Source: Defluviitaleaceae bacterium (GTDB lineage Bacteria; Bacillota; Clostridia; Lachnospirales; WRAX01). Taken from it: DNA of 64,000 nt. Both the position numbers and the translations under genes were made by a program. The notes beneath the pieces were generated by a model. That model searched no databases. It was not told the DNA's origin and was given only the letters and a program-made list of their open reading frames with translations. The first letter of the stretch is position 1, and every line of letters begins with the position of its first letter. The stretch covers positions 14,835 to 78,834 of the forward strand of contig WRAC01000005.1 of the NCBI GenBank assembly GCA_009780415.1, in the 5' to 3' direction. Shown in pieces: positions 9,560 to 18,898 of this stretch.

Positions 9560-10381
9560 ATGATGCGTTCGTTATGGACAGGGGCTTCGGGCATGATAGC
9601 CCAGCAAACCAACGTCGATGTTATCGCGAATAACCTCGCGAACGTAAACACCACGGGATATAAGAAAGAAAGGCTTGAATTCAAGTCGCTGCTATACCAG
9701 ACCCTCGCCCAGGCGGATCTGGACCCCGCGAACGGAATGGGTTCGCGCCCCGTAAACCTTCAGGTGGGTTTGGGCGTACGCCCCGTCGCCACTGCGAGGA
9801 TGTTTGACCGCGGGAACCTTGAGGTAACGGAAAACAACCTGGACTTTGCCATTGAGGGTTTCGGATTTTTCGCCGTAGAAACGCCGAACGGAGTCGCGTA
9901 CACGCGCGACGGCTGTTTTAAGCTTGCGACGACCGTCCAGGGCTCATACCTCGTTACTTCCGACGGTTATATGGTGCTTTCCACAGACGGAGGCCCCATC
10001 ATCCTTCCGCCCGAAGTCACCATGCACGATGTAGAAGTGGATTACAGAGGCAGGTTCTTATTCATGGGTGAAGAAGGGGAGCAGATAGAACTGGGTTTCC
10101 AATTGGAGATTGTGCAGTTTTCCAACACCCAGGGGCTTGAAGCCGTCGGCTCAAACCTTTTCCGCGAAACCGTGGCCTCCGGTCTGCCTTTATCGGAACC
10201 CGGCGGCGATGTGCCCAGCCTGAGCAAAGTAATACAAGGCGTGCGCGAAATGCCAAACGTGCAGATAGCGGAAGAGATGGTGCGCCTGATAATCGCGCAG
10301 CGCGCTTACGAAATTAATTCCAAGGTCATAAGCACCTCGGACGATATGCTGCAAACGGCGAACGGCCTGAAGAGACCGTAG
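9560..10381 (+). CDS. flgG: Flagellar basal-body rod protein FlgG
   Basis: MMRSLWTGASGM, ANNLANVNTTGYK and IIAQRAYEINSK motifs. Confidence 0.93.
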   Translation: MMRSLWTGASGMIAQQTNVDVIANNLANVNTTGYKKERLEFKSLLYQTLAQADLDPANGMGSRPVNLQVGLGVRPVATARMFDRGNLEVTENNLDFAIEGFGFFAVETPNGVAYTRDGCFKLATTVQGSYLVTSDGYMVLSTDGGPIILPPEVTMHDVEVDYRGRFLFMGEEGEQIELGFQLEIVQFSNTQGLEAVGSNLFRETVASGLPLSEPGGDVPSLSKVIQGVREMPNVQIAEEMVRLIIAQRAYEINSKVISTSDDMLQTANGLKRP

Positions 10382-10423
10382 TTAACAATTAATATTTAGC
10401 AATTAATATAAGGAGGCGCGGCT

Positions 10424-10843
10424 ATGAGTATATCTATTGGGAACATACCGGCTTATGTGCCTCCGTCCAGCGCATATGTTGCGGAGGCGGCGACGCATCT
10501 GCAATCGGAAATGGCAAAGACGGATAACCTTGTAAATGATATCCGCAACGCCCAGAGCGGGGAGTGCCCCGTCGCGCTTATGGATGCGTGCAAGGCGTTC
10601 GAGTCGTATTTCCTGCAGATTATGTTCAAGGAGATGCGGAATACCATTCCAGAGGCGAAGGACGGCTTTTTTGTCAAATCCAACGCGGAGAAGATATTTG
10701 AGGGAATGCTGGACGAACAGATGTCGATAATGGCGGCAAATAACGGCGGCATCGGCCTTGCCGCGTTTATGTTCCGGCAAATGCAGCGCGAGGGCCTCAC
10801 ATACGAAAACGCCGGGAGCCTCGGACAAGGGCAGCCGGAATGA
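10424..10843 (+). CDS. flgJ: FlgJ rod-binding (rod cap) domain protein without muramidase
   Basis: ACKAFESYFLQIMFKEMR..MLDEQMS..GIGLA motif; follows flgG. Confidence 0.8.
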   Translation: MSISIGNIPAYVPPSSAYVAEAATHLQSEMAKTDNLVNDIRNAQSGECPVALMDACKAFESYFLQIMFKEMRNTIPEAKDGFFVKSNAEKIFEGMLDEQMSIMAANNGGIGLAAFMFRQMQREGLTYENAGSLGQGQPE

Positions 10844-13080
10844 CCAATGGGGTTGTGACGCTTGAAGGCTCCGTTGAAAACGTAATTTTTAGGAATGATC
10901 AGAACGGATATACGGTTTTTGAAGTTTTAAGCGTTTCCGGCGGGGATTTGCCCGGCGCGGAAAGTAAGGTTACCTGCACCGCCTTTTTGCCCGATATCAG
11001 TACCGGCGAAAATGTGCGGCTGACAGGTAATTTTGTTATGCACCCCTCTTACGGGATGCAGTTTGGCGTACAAGCCTTGGAACGCAGCGCGCCTACCTCT
11101 GTCCCGGGGATTATTAAGTATTTGTCAAGCTCCGTAAAGGGCATCGGCGAGCGGACGGCAAAGCGCATAACGGATATGTACGGCGCGGAAACGTTTGATA
11201 TAATCGAGCGGCATCCCGATATGCTGGCAAAGGTACCGGGTATAACACATAAAAAGGCGCGGGCGATAAGCGAATTGTTCAAGGAACAGAGTTCCCTGCG
11301 CCACACAATGATGTATTTGCAGCAGTTCGGCGTATCCCCGGCGTTTATAAATAAAATTTACAGGCGGTATAAGGAAGAGAGCATCGAAATCGTCCGGCGC
11401 AACCCGTACCTTCTTGCGGAGGATATCATCGGCATCGGCTTTAAGACTGCCGACGCTATCGCCGGACGTGTCGGTATTGAGCCGGATTCGGAGTTCCGCG
11501 TCAGGGCGGGGATTAAGTTTATTTTAAACGAAGCCGCAAGGGGCGGTCATGTGTATTTGGAAAAGGACGAGCTGTGCCGGGAAACGGCGGAGCTTCTGGG
11601 CGTGGACGGCGACACCGCGGAGAACGCGCTGCATAAATTGCAATTCGAACGGCAGGTTATGCAGGACAATCAAAACGGGATAACTGCCGTTTATCTGAAC
11701 AGGTATTTTTATGCGGAGAGTTTTGTCGCAAAGAAGCTGCTTGAGTTGAATTCCGGCGTTAAGAGGACTATTATTGGCGAGGAAAATGAAATTTTCCGGC
11801 GGGAAGGCGGGTTTGCGCTGGCGGAATGCCAAAAGCAAGCGGTACGCGCTGCGTTTGATTCCGGCGTTTTGGTTATTACCGGCGGTCCCGGGACGGGTAA
11901 AACAACTGTAATAAATACATTGATATCCCTGTTCGACAAATGCGGCCTTACTGTAGAACTGGCGGCCCCAACCGGGCGCGCGGCTAAGCGCATGGAGGAA
12001 GCCGCCGGGCGGGAAGCCAAGACCATCCACAGGCTTCTGGGCATGAGCGGCGGCGACGAGGGCCGCGACAATAAGGTTGAGCGGGATGAGGACAATCCCA
12101 TCGAGGCCGATGTTGTAATTATTGACGAAAGCTCGATGGTTGATATAACGTTGATGTATTATCTGCTTAGGGCTATTAAACGCGGCACAAGGCTTATCCT
12201 TGTGGGCGACGCCGATCAGCTGCCCTCCGTCGGGCCGGGCAATGTTTTAAAAGATATTATTAAGTCCGGCGAAATCGTTGTGGCGCGGCTTACGGAGATT
12301 TTCCGGCAGTCCAGAGAAAGCGCCATTGTGATGAACGCGCATCGCATAAATCAGGGAGAGCGTCCCGAGCTTAACGCCAACGGGCGCGGGTTTTATTTTA
12401 TGACATGCAAAAGCATGGAGAGTGTGCAGGAGGCGATAACGGGCCTTGTGCGAGACAGGCTGCCGGGATACGCGAACGCAGACCCCCTGACCGAAATACA
12501 GGTGCTTACCCCCATGCGAAAATCCGGGCTGGGCGCGCAGCATTTGAACCATATATTACAGCAGGCGCTGAACCCGCCCGACTCAGGGCGCAGGGAGAAG
12601 GAGCTGGGCGGCTATATCCTCCGCGAGGGGGACAAGGTTATGCAGATAAAGAACAACTATAATCTGGCGTGGCGTACGGGTGACGGGGCAACCGAGGGAA
12701 CGGGCGTATACAACGGGGACGGCGGGGTTATCGTTAAAATCGACGAGGACAGCGAACTGCTGCGCGTATGCTTTGACGGAGGGCGGCTGGTGGATTACGA
12801 ATTCGGCAGGCTTGATGAATTAACGCCCGCATATGCCGTAACCATCCATAAATCCCAGGGCAGTGAATATAAGGTTGTTGTAATACCGGTATTCAGCGGC
12901 CCGCCGCAGCTTATGACGCGCAACCTCCTATATACCGCCGTAACCCGCGCCAGGGAGCTGGTCGTACTGGTAGGCCTGCCTGAAACTATGTACGCGATGG
13001 TGCGCAATAACCGTGAGGTTCGCCGTTTTTCGGCCCTTGACCACAGAATTAATAAGATTAAACATATGATGGCTGATTAA
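10840..13080 (+). CDS. recD2: ATP-dependent RecD-like helicase RecD2
   Basis: N-terminal OB/HhH region, TGGPGTGKT, IIDESSM, LVGDADQLPSV and AYAVTIHKSQGSE motifs. Confidence 0.93.
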   Translation: MTNGVVTLEGSVENVIFRNDQNGYTVFEVLSVSGGDLPGAESKVTCTAFLPDISTGENVRLTGNFVMHPSYGMQFGVQALERSAPTSVPGIIKYLSSSVKGIGERTAKRITDMYGAETFDIIERHPDMLAKVPGITHKKARAISELFKEQSSLRHTMMYLQQFGVSPAFINKIYRRYKEESIEIVRRNPYLLAEDIIGIGFKTADAIAGRVGIEPDSEFRVRAGIKFILNEAARGGHVYLEKDELCRETAELLGVDGDTAENALHKLQFERQVMQDNQNGITAVYLNRYFYAESFVAKKLLELNSGVKRTIIGEENEIFRREGGFALAECQKQAVRAAFDSGVLVITGGPGTGKTTVINTLISLFDKCGLTVELAAPTGRAAKRMEEAAGREAKTIHRLLGMSGGDEGRDNKVERDEDNPIEADVVIIDESSMVDITLMYYLLRAIKRGTRLILVGDADQLPSVGPGNVLKDIIKSGEIVVARLTEIFRQSRESAIVMNAHRINQGERPELNANGRGFYFMTCKSMESVQEAITGLVRDRLPGYANADPLTEIQVLTPMRKSGLGAQHLNHILQQALNPPDSGRREKELGGYILREGDKVMQIKNNYNLAWRTGDGATEGTGVYNGDGGVIVKIDEDSELLRVCFDGGRLVDYEFGRLDELTPAYAVTIHKSQGSEYKVVVIPVFSGPPQLMTRNLLYTAVTRARELVVLVGLPETMYAMVRNNREVRRFSALDHRINKIKHMMAD

Positions 13081-14229
13081 ATGGACAACGGTCTGGAAAA
13101 ATCTTTGAACGGCATAGCGGCAGCCGCGCCGGAAAAACTGGTATTAAGCGGCCCGGAAAAAGGGGCGGCTTTTAGGCGCGTAAACATAAGGCTGGGCAAA
13201 CAAGGTTATCAGGTTGAGAAACTTACTGAAACCCAGGCATTTCATGAACGTATCGGCGAAGGAAAGCTTGCGGCGTATTTAAGCGGCTTGTTCGGAATGG
13301 GTTTTCGGCAGCTTCACGCCTGGGACGCGGACGGCAGGGAATATGCCGTGCGGGTTGCGAAATCCGGTAAGGTTATATCGAATAAACGGAATGCCGGGGT
13401 TAAGCCTGTTGAACGGACGGAGCATGACCGGGACAAACGGTATATTATTTCCGAGGGCGCGGATGTGCCGGCCTTTAGGGATATGGGGATTTTTACGGCA
13501 TCGGGCAAAGTCGCCGCCAATATGTACGATAAATTCAAACAAATAAACCGATTCCTAGAAATAATTGATGATGTCTATAAATCCGGCGTCCCCAATCCCG
13601 TGCGCGTGGCGGACTTCGGGTGCGGCAAGAGTTACCTCACTTTCCTTGTTTATTATTATTTTACCGTAATAAAAGGGGTTTCCGCCGAAATAGTGGGGCT
13701 GGATTTGAAAGAGGATGTTATAAAGTCCTGCCGGGAAACGGCGGAACGGTACGGCTATACCGGGCTTTCCTTCAAACGCGGGAATATTGCGGAATACGAT
13801 AATTTTCAGGCGGATTTGCTGATATCCCTGCACGCGTGCGACACCGCGACGGACTATGCCCTGTTCAACGCCGTTAAAAACAATGCGCGCGTAATTCTTG
13901 TATCCCCGTGCTGCCAGCATGAACTGAACGGGCAGATGAGGGCGGAAAACCTTGGCCTGTTCACGAGGTACGGATTGTTAAAGGAGCGCGCCGCCGCCGT
14001 TCTGACCGACGCGATACGCGCGAACCTGCTGACATACGCCGGATACAAGGTGCAGATACTGGAATTCGTTGACCTGTCGCACACACCGAAAAATGTGCTT
14101 ATCCGCGCGGTTAAAGCAAATCTCCCCCGGGAAAATCGGCAGGCGGCATACGAAGAGGCAATGGCGGCAATAAAGGAATTTAACCTTGACCCGGCGTTTT
14201 TAAGACTTTTAAATGACATGAAATTTTAA
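13081..14229 (+). CDS. SAM-dependent methyltransferase (Methyltransf_32 type)
   Basis: DKFKQINRFLE, DFGCGKSYLTF, SLHACDTATD and PCCQHE motifs. Confidence 0.85.
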   Translation: MDNGLEKSLNGIAAAAPEKLVLSGPEKGAAFRRVNIRLGKQGYQVEKLTETQAFHERIGEGKLAAYLSGLFGMGFRQLHAWDADGREYAVRVAKSGKVISNKRNAGVKPVERTEHDRDKRYIISEGADVPAFRDMGIFTASGKVAANMYDKFKQINRFLEIIDDVYKSGVPNPVRVADFGCGKSYLTFLVYYYFTVIKGVSAEIVGLDLKEDVIKSCRETAERYGYTGLSFKRGNIAEYDNFQADLLISLHACDTATDYALFNAVKNNARVILVSPCCQHELNGQMRAENLGLFTRYGLLKERAAAVLTDAIRANLLTYAGYKVQILEFVDLSHTPKNVLIRAVKANLPRENRQAAYEEAMAAIKEFNLDPAFLRLLNDMKF

Positions 14230-14230
14230 T

Positions 14231-14259
14231 TTGACATTGATATAAAGGGGTATTATAAT
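14231..14259 (+). promoter_or_regulatory. Perfect sigma-A promoter TTGACA-N17-TATAAT
   Basis: Exact consensus at 14231-14236 and 14254-14259. Confidence 0.85.
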
Positions 14260-14276
14260 TGTTAAGGTGATGGGAG

Positions 14277-15032
14277 ATGAACGAAGCCAGATTTGACGGA
14301 ATGGGGAAGGAATATTCACAATTCCGCCCGTGCTATCCGGATGCCTTCATGGATTATTTATACTCTGATATCGGAATGGCGGAATGCGGTGCCGTCGCTG
14401 ATATAGGCTCCGGCACGGGGATACTGACCAAACAGCTTCTTCTGAAGGGGAGCCGGGTATACGCTGTTGAACCTAATGACAGTATGCGCGCGGTTGCCGA
14501 GGATGATTTAAAGGCCTTTACGTATTTTTATTCGTATAACGGAACGGCTGAAGACACGGGGCTGCTTGATGGATGTGTCGATTTCGTTACGGCGGCGCAG
14601 GCGTTCCATTGGTTTGACAGGCGGCGTTTTAAGGCCGAGTGCGGGCGGATACTAAAGCCCGGCGGGAAAGTAATCCTGGTTTGGAACAGGCGTGACGAAA
14701 GCAGCGTATTGGTTCAGGAAACGGATATTATCCATAAGGAATACTGCCCGGACTTCAAGGGTTTTTCCGGCGGTATGCGCGGAGCCGGGAACGCAGGCGA
14801 ATTCAATGATTTCTTCGTTAACGGGTATGAGGCAAAGGTATTTGAAAACGGTCTGGAATATACCGAGCAAGGCTTTATCGGGCGCAATCTTTCCGCTTCA
14901 TATGCGTTGAAGGAAGATAACCCGCGATATGCCGATTATATCCGCGAATTGAAAGCGGTTTTCGCAAATCATTCAAAAGACGGCATTTTGGTAATGCCAA
15001 ACCAGACGCATAGTTTTACGGGTAATGTATAG
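14277..15032 (+). CDS. Class I SAM-dependent methyltransferase
   Basis: ADIGSGTG, AVEPN, AAQAFHWFD and RILKPGG motifs. Confidence 0.88.
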   Translation: MNEARFDGMGKEYSQFRPCYPDAFMDYLYSDIGMAECGAVADIGSGTGILTKQLLLKGSRVYAVEPNDSMRAVAEDDLKAFTYFYSYNGTAEDTGLLDGCVDFVTAAQAFHWFDRRRFKAECGRILKPGGKVILVWNRRDESSVLVQETDIIHKEYCPDFKGFSGGMRGAGNAGEFNDFFVNGYEAKVFENGLEYTEQGFIGRNLSASYALKEDNPRYADYIRELKAVFANHSKDGILVMPNQTHSFTGNV

Positions 15033-15044
15033 TATATATTTAAC

Positions 15045-15266
15045 ACATTGACGGGGACAGAGGCCGGAAGCAAAGAAAAACAGAGAATAACGGCAGAGCT
15101 GAAAGCCGCTGTGACAAACAGGCCGAAACCACCTCCGAGTGGCTTTAATAGAGTCCGTTGATTACGTTATAATCTATAGAGAGGCATATTATTTGGTATG
15201 CAATTTGGGTGGAACCGCGGGAGATGTCCCGTCCCTTGTTTATGACAACGGACGCGGGCATTTTTA
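15045..15266 (+). ncRNA. T-box riboswitch leader, threonine specifier (ACC)
   Basis: AGAGA box, GCTGAAAG, specifier loop GAA-ACC-A (ACC 15128-15130), T-box AATTTGGGTGGAACCGCG (15202-15219), antiterminator and terminator hairpin with T-run (15224-15265); thrS lies downstream. Confidence 0.92.
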
Positions 15267-15289
15267 ATTTATATTAAAGGAGCGTACAT

Positions 15290-16507
15290 ATGGAAATACG
15301 CAAAATAAAGAACCATGAAGAGTTTGACTTAACTAAGATCGGGCACATCTGCTTCAGCGTCCCGGGGCAAAAGGACGTTGACAAAGAAGCCTTCGTTTCC
15401 CGCATGAAATCAGAGGACGCAAGCTGGAACCCCGACGCGGAGAAAACAGGGGACTATGCCGCGTTTACCGGCGGCTATATGGTCGGCGCCGTGTTAACTC
15501 CCGAATACACCGTTTATTTCGACGGCGGGCAGTATAATATGCGCGGCATCGGCGGCGTCTGCGCTTTGCCGGCTTATCGCAAGCAAGGGGTCGTCCGCGG
15601 GATTATGGAGCGGGTTTTACGGGATATTTACAACGATGGCGCTGTTTTTTCCGTACTGTATCCGTTCAGCTTCGATTTCTACCGCAAGATGGGTTACGAA
15701 TGCGCGCTGGCTATGACCACATATGATGTCAAAATCACGGCTTGCCCGGAGGGGGATTTCGGAGGTTCCTTCATTTTATGCGAAACAAGGGCTCACTTTA
15801 ACGATGCCGCCGCGGTTTACAGCACGTACGCCGAACGTTCCGCCCTTGCCGCCGTCCGCAATGACTCCCGCTGGGACGCCATTTTTACAAAGAAACCCTC
15901 CGTAGACGGGATTACCACCTATATATGGAAGGATAACGACGGCAAACCCCGCGCTTATATTACCTATGAGATCGGTAAAAACGAAGGCGAAATGTTTCTT
16001 GACGTAAAGGAGCTGTGCTTCACGGACAGCACGGCGCTCCGGGCCTTGATCAGCTTCGTGCGCGGCTCGTTCCTGGGATTTTACGGCTTCATGCGCATAA
16101 CCGTCCCCGCCGGCGCGGATATCCGCTTTTTGTTCACCGAGCATAACTCCATTAAGGGAACGACCAATTTCAGGGGCATGACGCGTATCGTGAACGTGAA
16201 AAAGACCTTTGAAGCCGTGAAAGCTAAGGGTTTTGGCGTGGCCTATATCGAGGTGACCGACAGGCAAATCCCCGAAAACAACGGCTGCTGGCGCGTTGAA
16301 TCCGGCGAGGGCGGCATTAAGGCGGAAAAAGCTGACGGTGTGAATCCGTGCATGTCGGCGCCGGTCTGCGCGCTGAGCGCGATGCTTACCGGGGTTATAG
16401 ACTTTGAGCATGTTGATTTTTTCCCCGCCGTTACCGTTAACGGGAACAGGGATATGCTCTCCGGCCTGTTCTGCAGCAGAACCAATTTTCTCTATGAGTA
16501 TTTTTAA
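15290..16507 (+). CDS. Eis-like GNAT acetyltransferase with C-terminal SCP2-like domain
   Basis: GIGGVCALPAYRKQG acetyl-CoA motif, LYPFSFDFYRKMGYE, MTRIVNV, and DRQIPENNG SCP2-like end; 405 aa. Confidence 0.85.
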   Translation: MEIRKIKNHEEFDLTKIGHICFSVPGQKDVDKEAFVSRMKSEDASWNPDAEKTGDYAAFTGGYMVGAVLTPEYTVYFDGGQYNMRGIGGVCALPAYRKQGVVRGIMERVLRDIYNDGAVFSVLYPFSFDFYRKMGYECALAMTTYDVKITACPEGDFGGSFILCETRAHFNDAAAVYSTYAERSALAAVRNDSRWDAIFTKKPSVDGITTYIWKDNDGKPRAYITYEIGKNEGEMFLDVKELCFTDSTALRALISFVRGSFLGFYGFMRITVPAGADIRFLFTEHNSIKGTTNFRGMTRIVNVKKTFEAVKAKGFGVAYIEVTDRQIPENNGCWRVESGEGGIKAEKADGVNPCMSAPVCALSAMLTGVIDFEHVDFFPAVTVNGNRDMLSGLFCSRTNFLYEYF

Positions 16508-16524
16508 ATGAAAGGATAAAAAAC

Positions 16525-18423
16525 ATGATTACTCTGACATTGAAAGACGGCAAGGAGCTTATGTTAGAAGCCGGGTTGTCCGTTTACGACATAGCCGGAA
16601 GGCTCAGCGAAGGCTTACAGCGCAACGCTCTGGCGGCTCTGGTTGACGGCGGGCTTTCGGATCTGCGCGCGGTTCTTGACAAGGACGCATCCTTGGAAAT
16701 CCTGACCTTTAACGACGAAGGCGGTAAATGGACGCTTAGGCATACCGCGGCGCATTTGCTTGCCCAAGCCGTGCTGAACCTTTACCCCGGGACGCTGCTT
16801 GCGATTGGCCCCGCCATCGACGACGGGTTTTACTACGATTTTGAATTCGCCAAACCCCTTACGGCTGATGAATTGCCCGCCATTGAGGACGAAATGAAAC
16901 GCCTTGCTAAAACCGGAATGAAGCCTAAACGTTACGCCCTCTCCCGCGCCGATGCCTTAGAGTCCGTAAAAAACGAGCCCTATAAGACCGAGCTGATAAC
17001 CGACCTGCCCGAGGGCGAGGAGATTTCGTTCTACGAACAGGGCGGCTTCACCGACTTATGCGCCGGGCCGCATGTGATGGACACGAAGGCCGTGAAAGCC
17101 GTAAAGCTTACGTCCGTCGCCGGGGCATATTGGCGCGGCAGCGAAAAAAATAAGATGCTTACGCGTATTTACGGCACGGCTTATACAAAGCAAGCGGATT
17201 TGGACGCTTATCTGGAGCGGCTGGAGGAAGCCAAGAAGCGCGACCACCGTAAGCTTGGGAGGGAGCTGTCGCTCTTTGCCATGCTTGACGAGGGTCAGGG
17301 ATTTCCGTTTTGGCTGCCCAACGGGCTTATCCTTAAAAATATCCTGACCGATTATTGGCGCGGAGTGCATAAACGCGAGAATTATATGGAAATCTCCACA
17401 CCCCTAATGCTGGACGCGAATCTTTGGGATGTCAGCGGACATAGGAAAAGCTTTGGCGAAAAAAATATGTACGCAACCAAGATTGACGATTACGAATATT
17501 TTATGAAACCCATGAACTGCCCGGGCGGTATACTCATTTATAAGCAGGACTTACATTCCTACCGCGAGTTTCCACTGCGTATAGGCGAATTGGGTATCGT
17601 CCACCGCCACGAGAAATCGGGGACGCTCCACGGGCTGATACGTGTGCGGAGCTTTACGCAGGACGACGCGCATATATACATTACGCCCGATCAGATCAAA
17701 GACGAGGTTAAGCATGTAATGGGCTTAATGGACGAGATATACGGGACTTTCGGGTTTACCTATAAATTGGAGCTGTCAACGAGGCCTGAAAATTCCGTGG
17801 GTACGGACGAGATGTGGGAGAACGCCACGAACGCGCTGCGCGAAACATTGGAAGAAACGGGCAAGGTTTATAAGGTAAACGAGGGCGATGGGGCGTTTTA
17901 CGGGCCTAAGATAGATTATCACCTGACGGACGCTATCGGGCGCACCTTTCAATGCGGTACTATACAGCTTGATTTCAATCTTCCCGAACGGTTCGGAATG
18001 GAATATGTCGCGCCCGACGGCAGCAAACAGCGCCCGGCAATGATCCACCGCACGATTTACGGGGCGCTTGAACGCTTTTTGGGCTTGCTGATTGAGCATT
18101 ACGCCGGACAGTTCCCGCTGTGGCTTTCGCCCGTGCAGGCTATCGTTCTGCCTATCTCCGACAAATTCCTTTCCTACGCCCGGTCCGTCGAGAACCGCTT
18201 AAACGCCGAGGGCTTCCGCGTCGAGACAGACCGGCGCCAGGAAAAAATCGGTTATAAAATCCGCGAGGCGCGTAACCGCCGCATCCCATATATCCTGGTA
18301 GTGGGCGAGGCTGAAGAGGCCGCGAACACCGTATCCCTGAGAAGCCGTGAGGGCGACGAAGGGGCGCAGGCCGCGGACGCTGTGATTTCGCGTATGCGTG
18401 ACGAGGTGAAGGAGAAGAGGTAA
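16525..18423 (+). CDS. thrS: Threonine--tRNA ligase
   Basis: TGS domain, RHTAAHLLAQA, DLCAGPH, KRDHRKLG, KPMNCP and QCGTIQLDF motifs. Confidence 0.98.
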   Translation: MITLTLKDGKELMLEAGLSVYDIAGRLSEGLQRNALAALVDGGLSDLRAVLDKDASLEILTFNDEGGKWTLRHTAAHLLAQAVLNLYPGTLLAIGPAIDDGFYYDFEFAKPLTADELPAIEDEMKRLAKTGMKPKRYALSRADALESVKNEPYKTELITDLPEGEEISFYEQGGFTDLCAGPHVMDTKAVKAVKLTSVAGAYWRGSEKNKMLTRIYGTAYTKQADLDAYLERLEEAKKRDHRKLGRELSLFAMLDEGQGFPFWLPNGLILKNILTDYWRGVHKRENYMEISTPLMLDANLWDVSGHRKSFGEKNMYATKIDDYEYFMKPMNCPGGILIYKQDLHSYREFPLRIGELGIVHRHEKSGTLHGLIRVRSFTQDDAHIYITPDQIKDEVKHVMGLMDEIYGTFGFTYKLELSTRPENSVGTDEMWENATNALRETLEETGKVYKVNEGDGAFYGPKIDYHLTDAIGRTFQCGTIQLDFNLPERFGMEYVAPDGSKQRPAMIHRTIYGALERFLGLLIEHYAGQFPLWLSPVQAIVLPISDKFLSYARSVENRLNAEGFRVETDRRQEKIGYKIREARNRRIPYILVVGEAEEAANTVSLRSREGDEGAQAADAVISRMRDEVKEKR

Positions 18424-18879
18424 ATGAGGCGAACGGACAGGGAAAGAGACGCCGCTTTTGCTTTTGACGTGCTGAGGGATTGCGAATACGCGACCCTTGC
18501 CACCGTTAACGCGGACGGAACGCCGTATTGCATACCCATATCTATCGTTTTGGTTGATAAAAGCGTATATTTCCATTGCGCGGCGGAAGGGCGCAAATTG
18601 GACAATATCGGAAAGAACAACGCCGTTTGCATCAGCGGCGCGCGCCATACAAAGCTTTTACCCCATAAATATACAACGGAGTATGAAAGCGCGGTTGCTT
18701 TTGGAAAATGTGATATAATAACCGATGAAGCGGAGAAAATATCGGCGCTTAGGGTTATTTGTGAAAAATACGCTCCGGGCAATATGGGCGGCTTTGACGA
18801 AAAGATAGCCCAATTATTGCACAGAACCTTGGTTTGTAAGGTAACTATCGAAGAAATAACCGGCAAGGCCAACATGTAG
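18424..18879 (+). CDS. Pyridoxamine 5'-phosphate oxidase-like / NimA family flavin-binding protein
   Basis: PYCIPIS, YFHCAAEGRKLD and YESAVAFG motifs. Confidence 0.8.
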   Translation: MRRTDRERDAAFAFDVLRDCEYATLATVNADGTPYCIPISIVLVDKSVYFHCAAEGRKLDNIGKNNAVCISGARHTKLLPHKYTTEYESAVAFGKCDIITDEAEKISALRVICEKYAPGNMGGFDEKIAQLLHRTLVCKVTIEEITGKANM

Positions 18880-18898
18880 TATTAATGGCGGTGATTTT

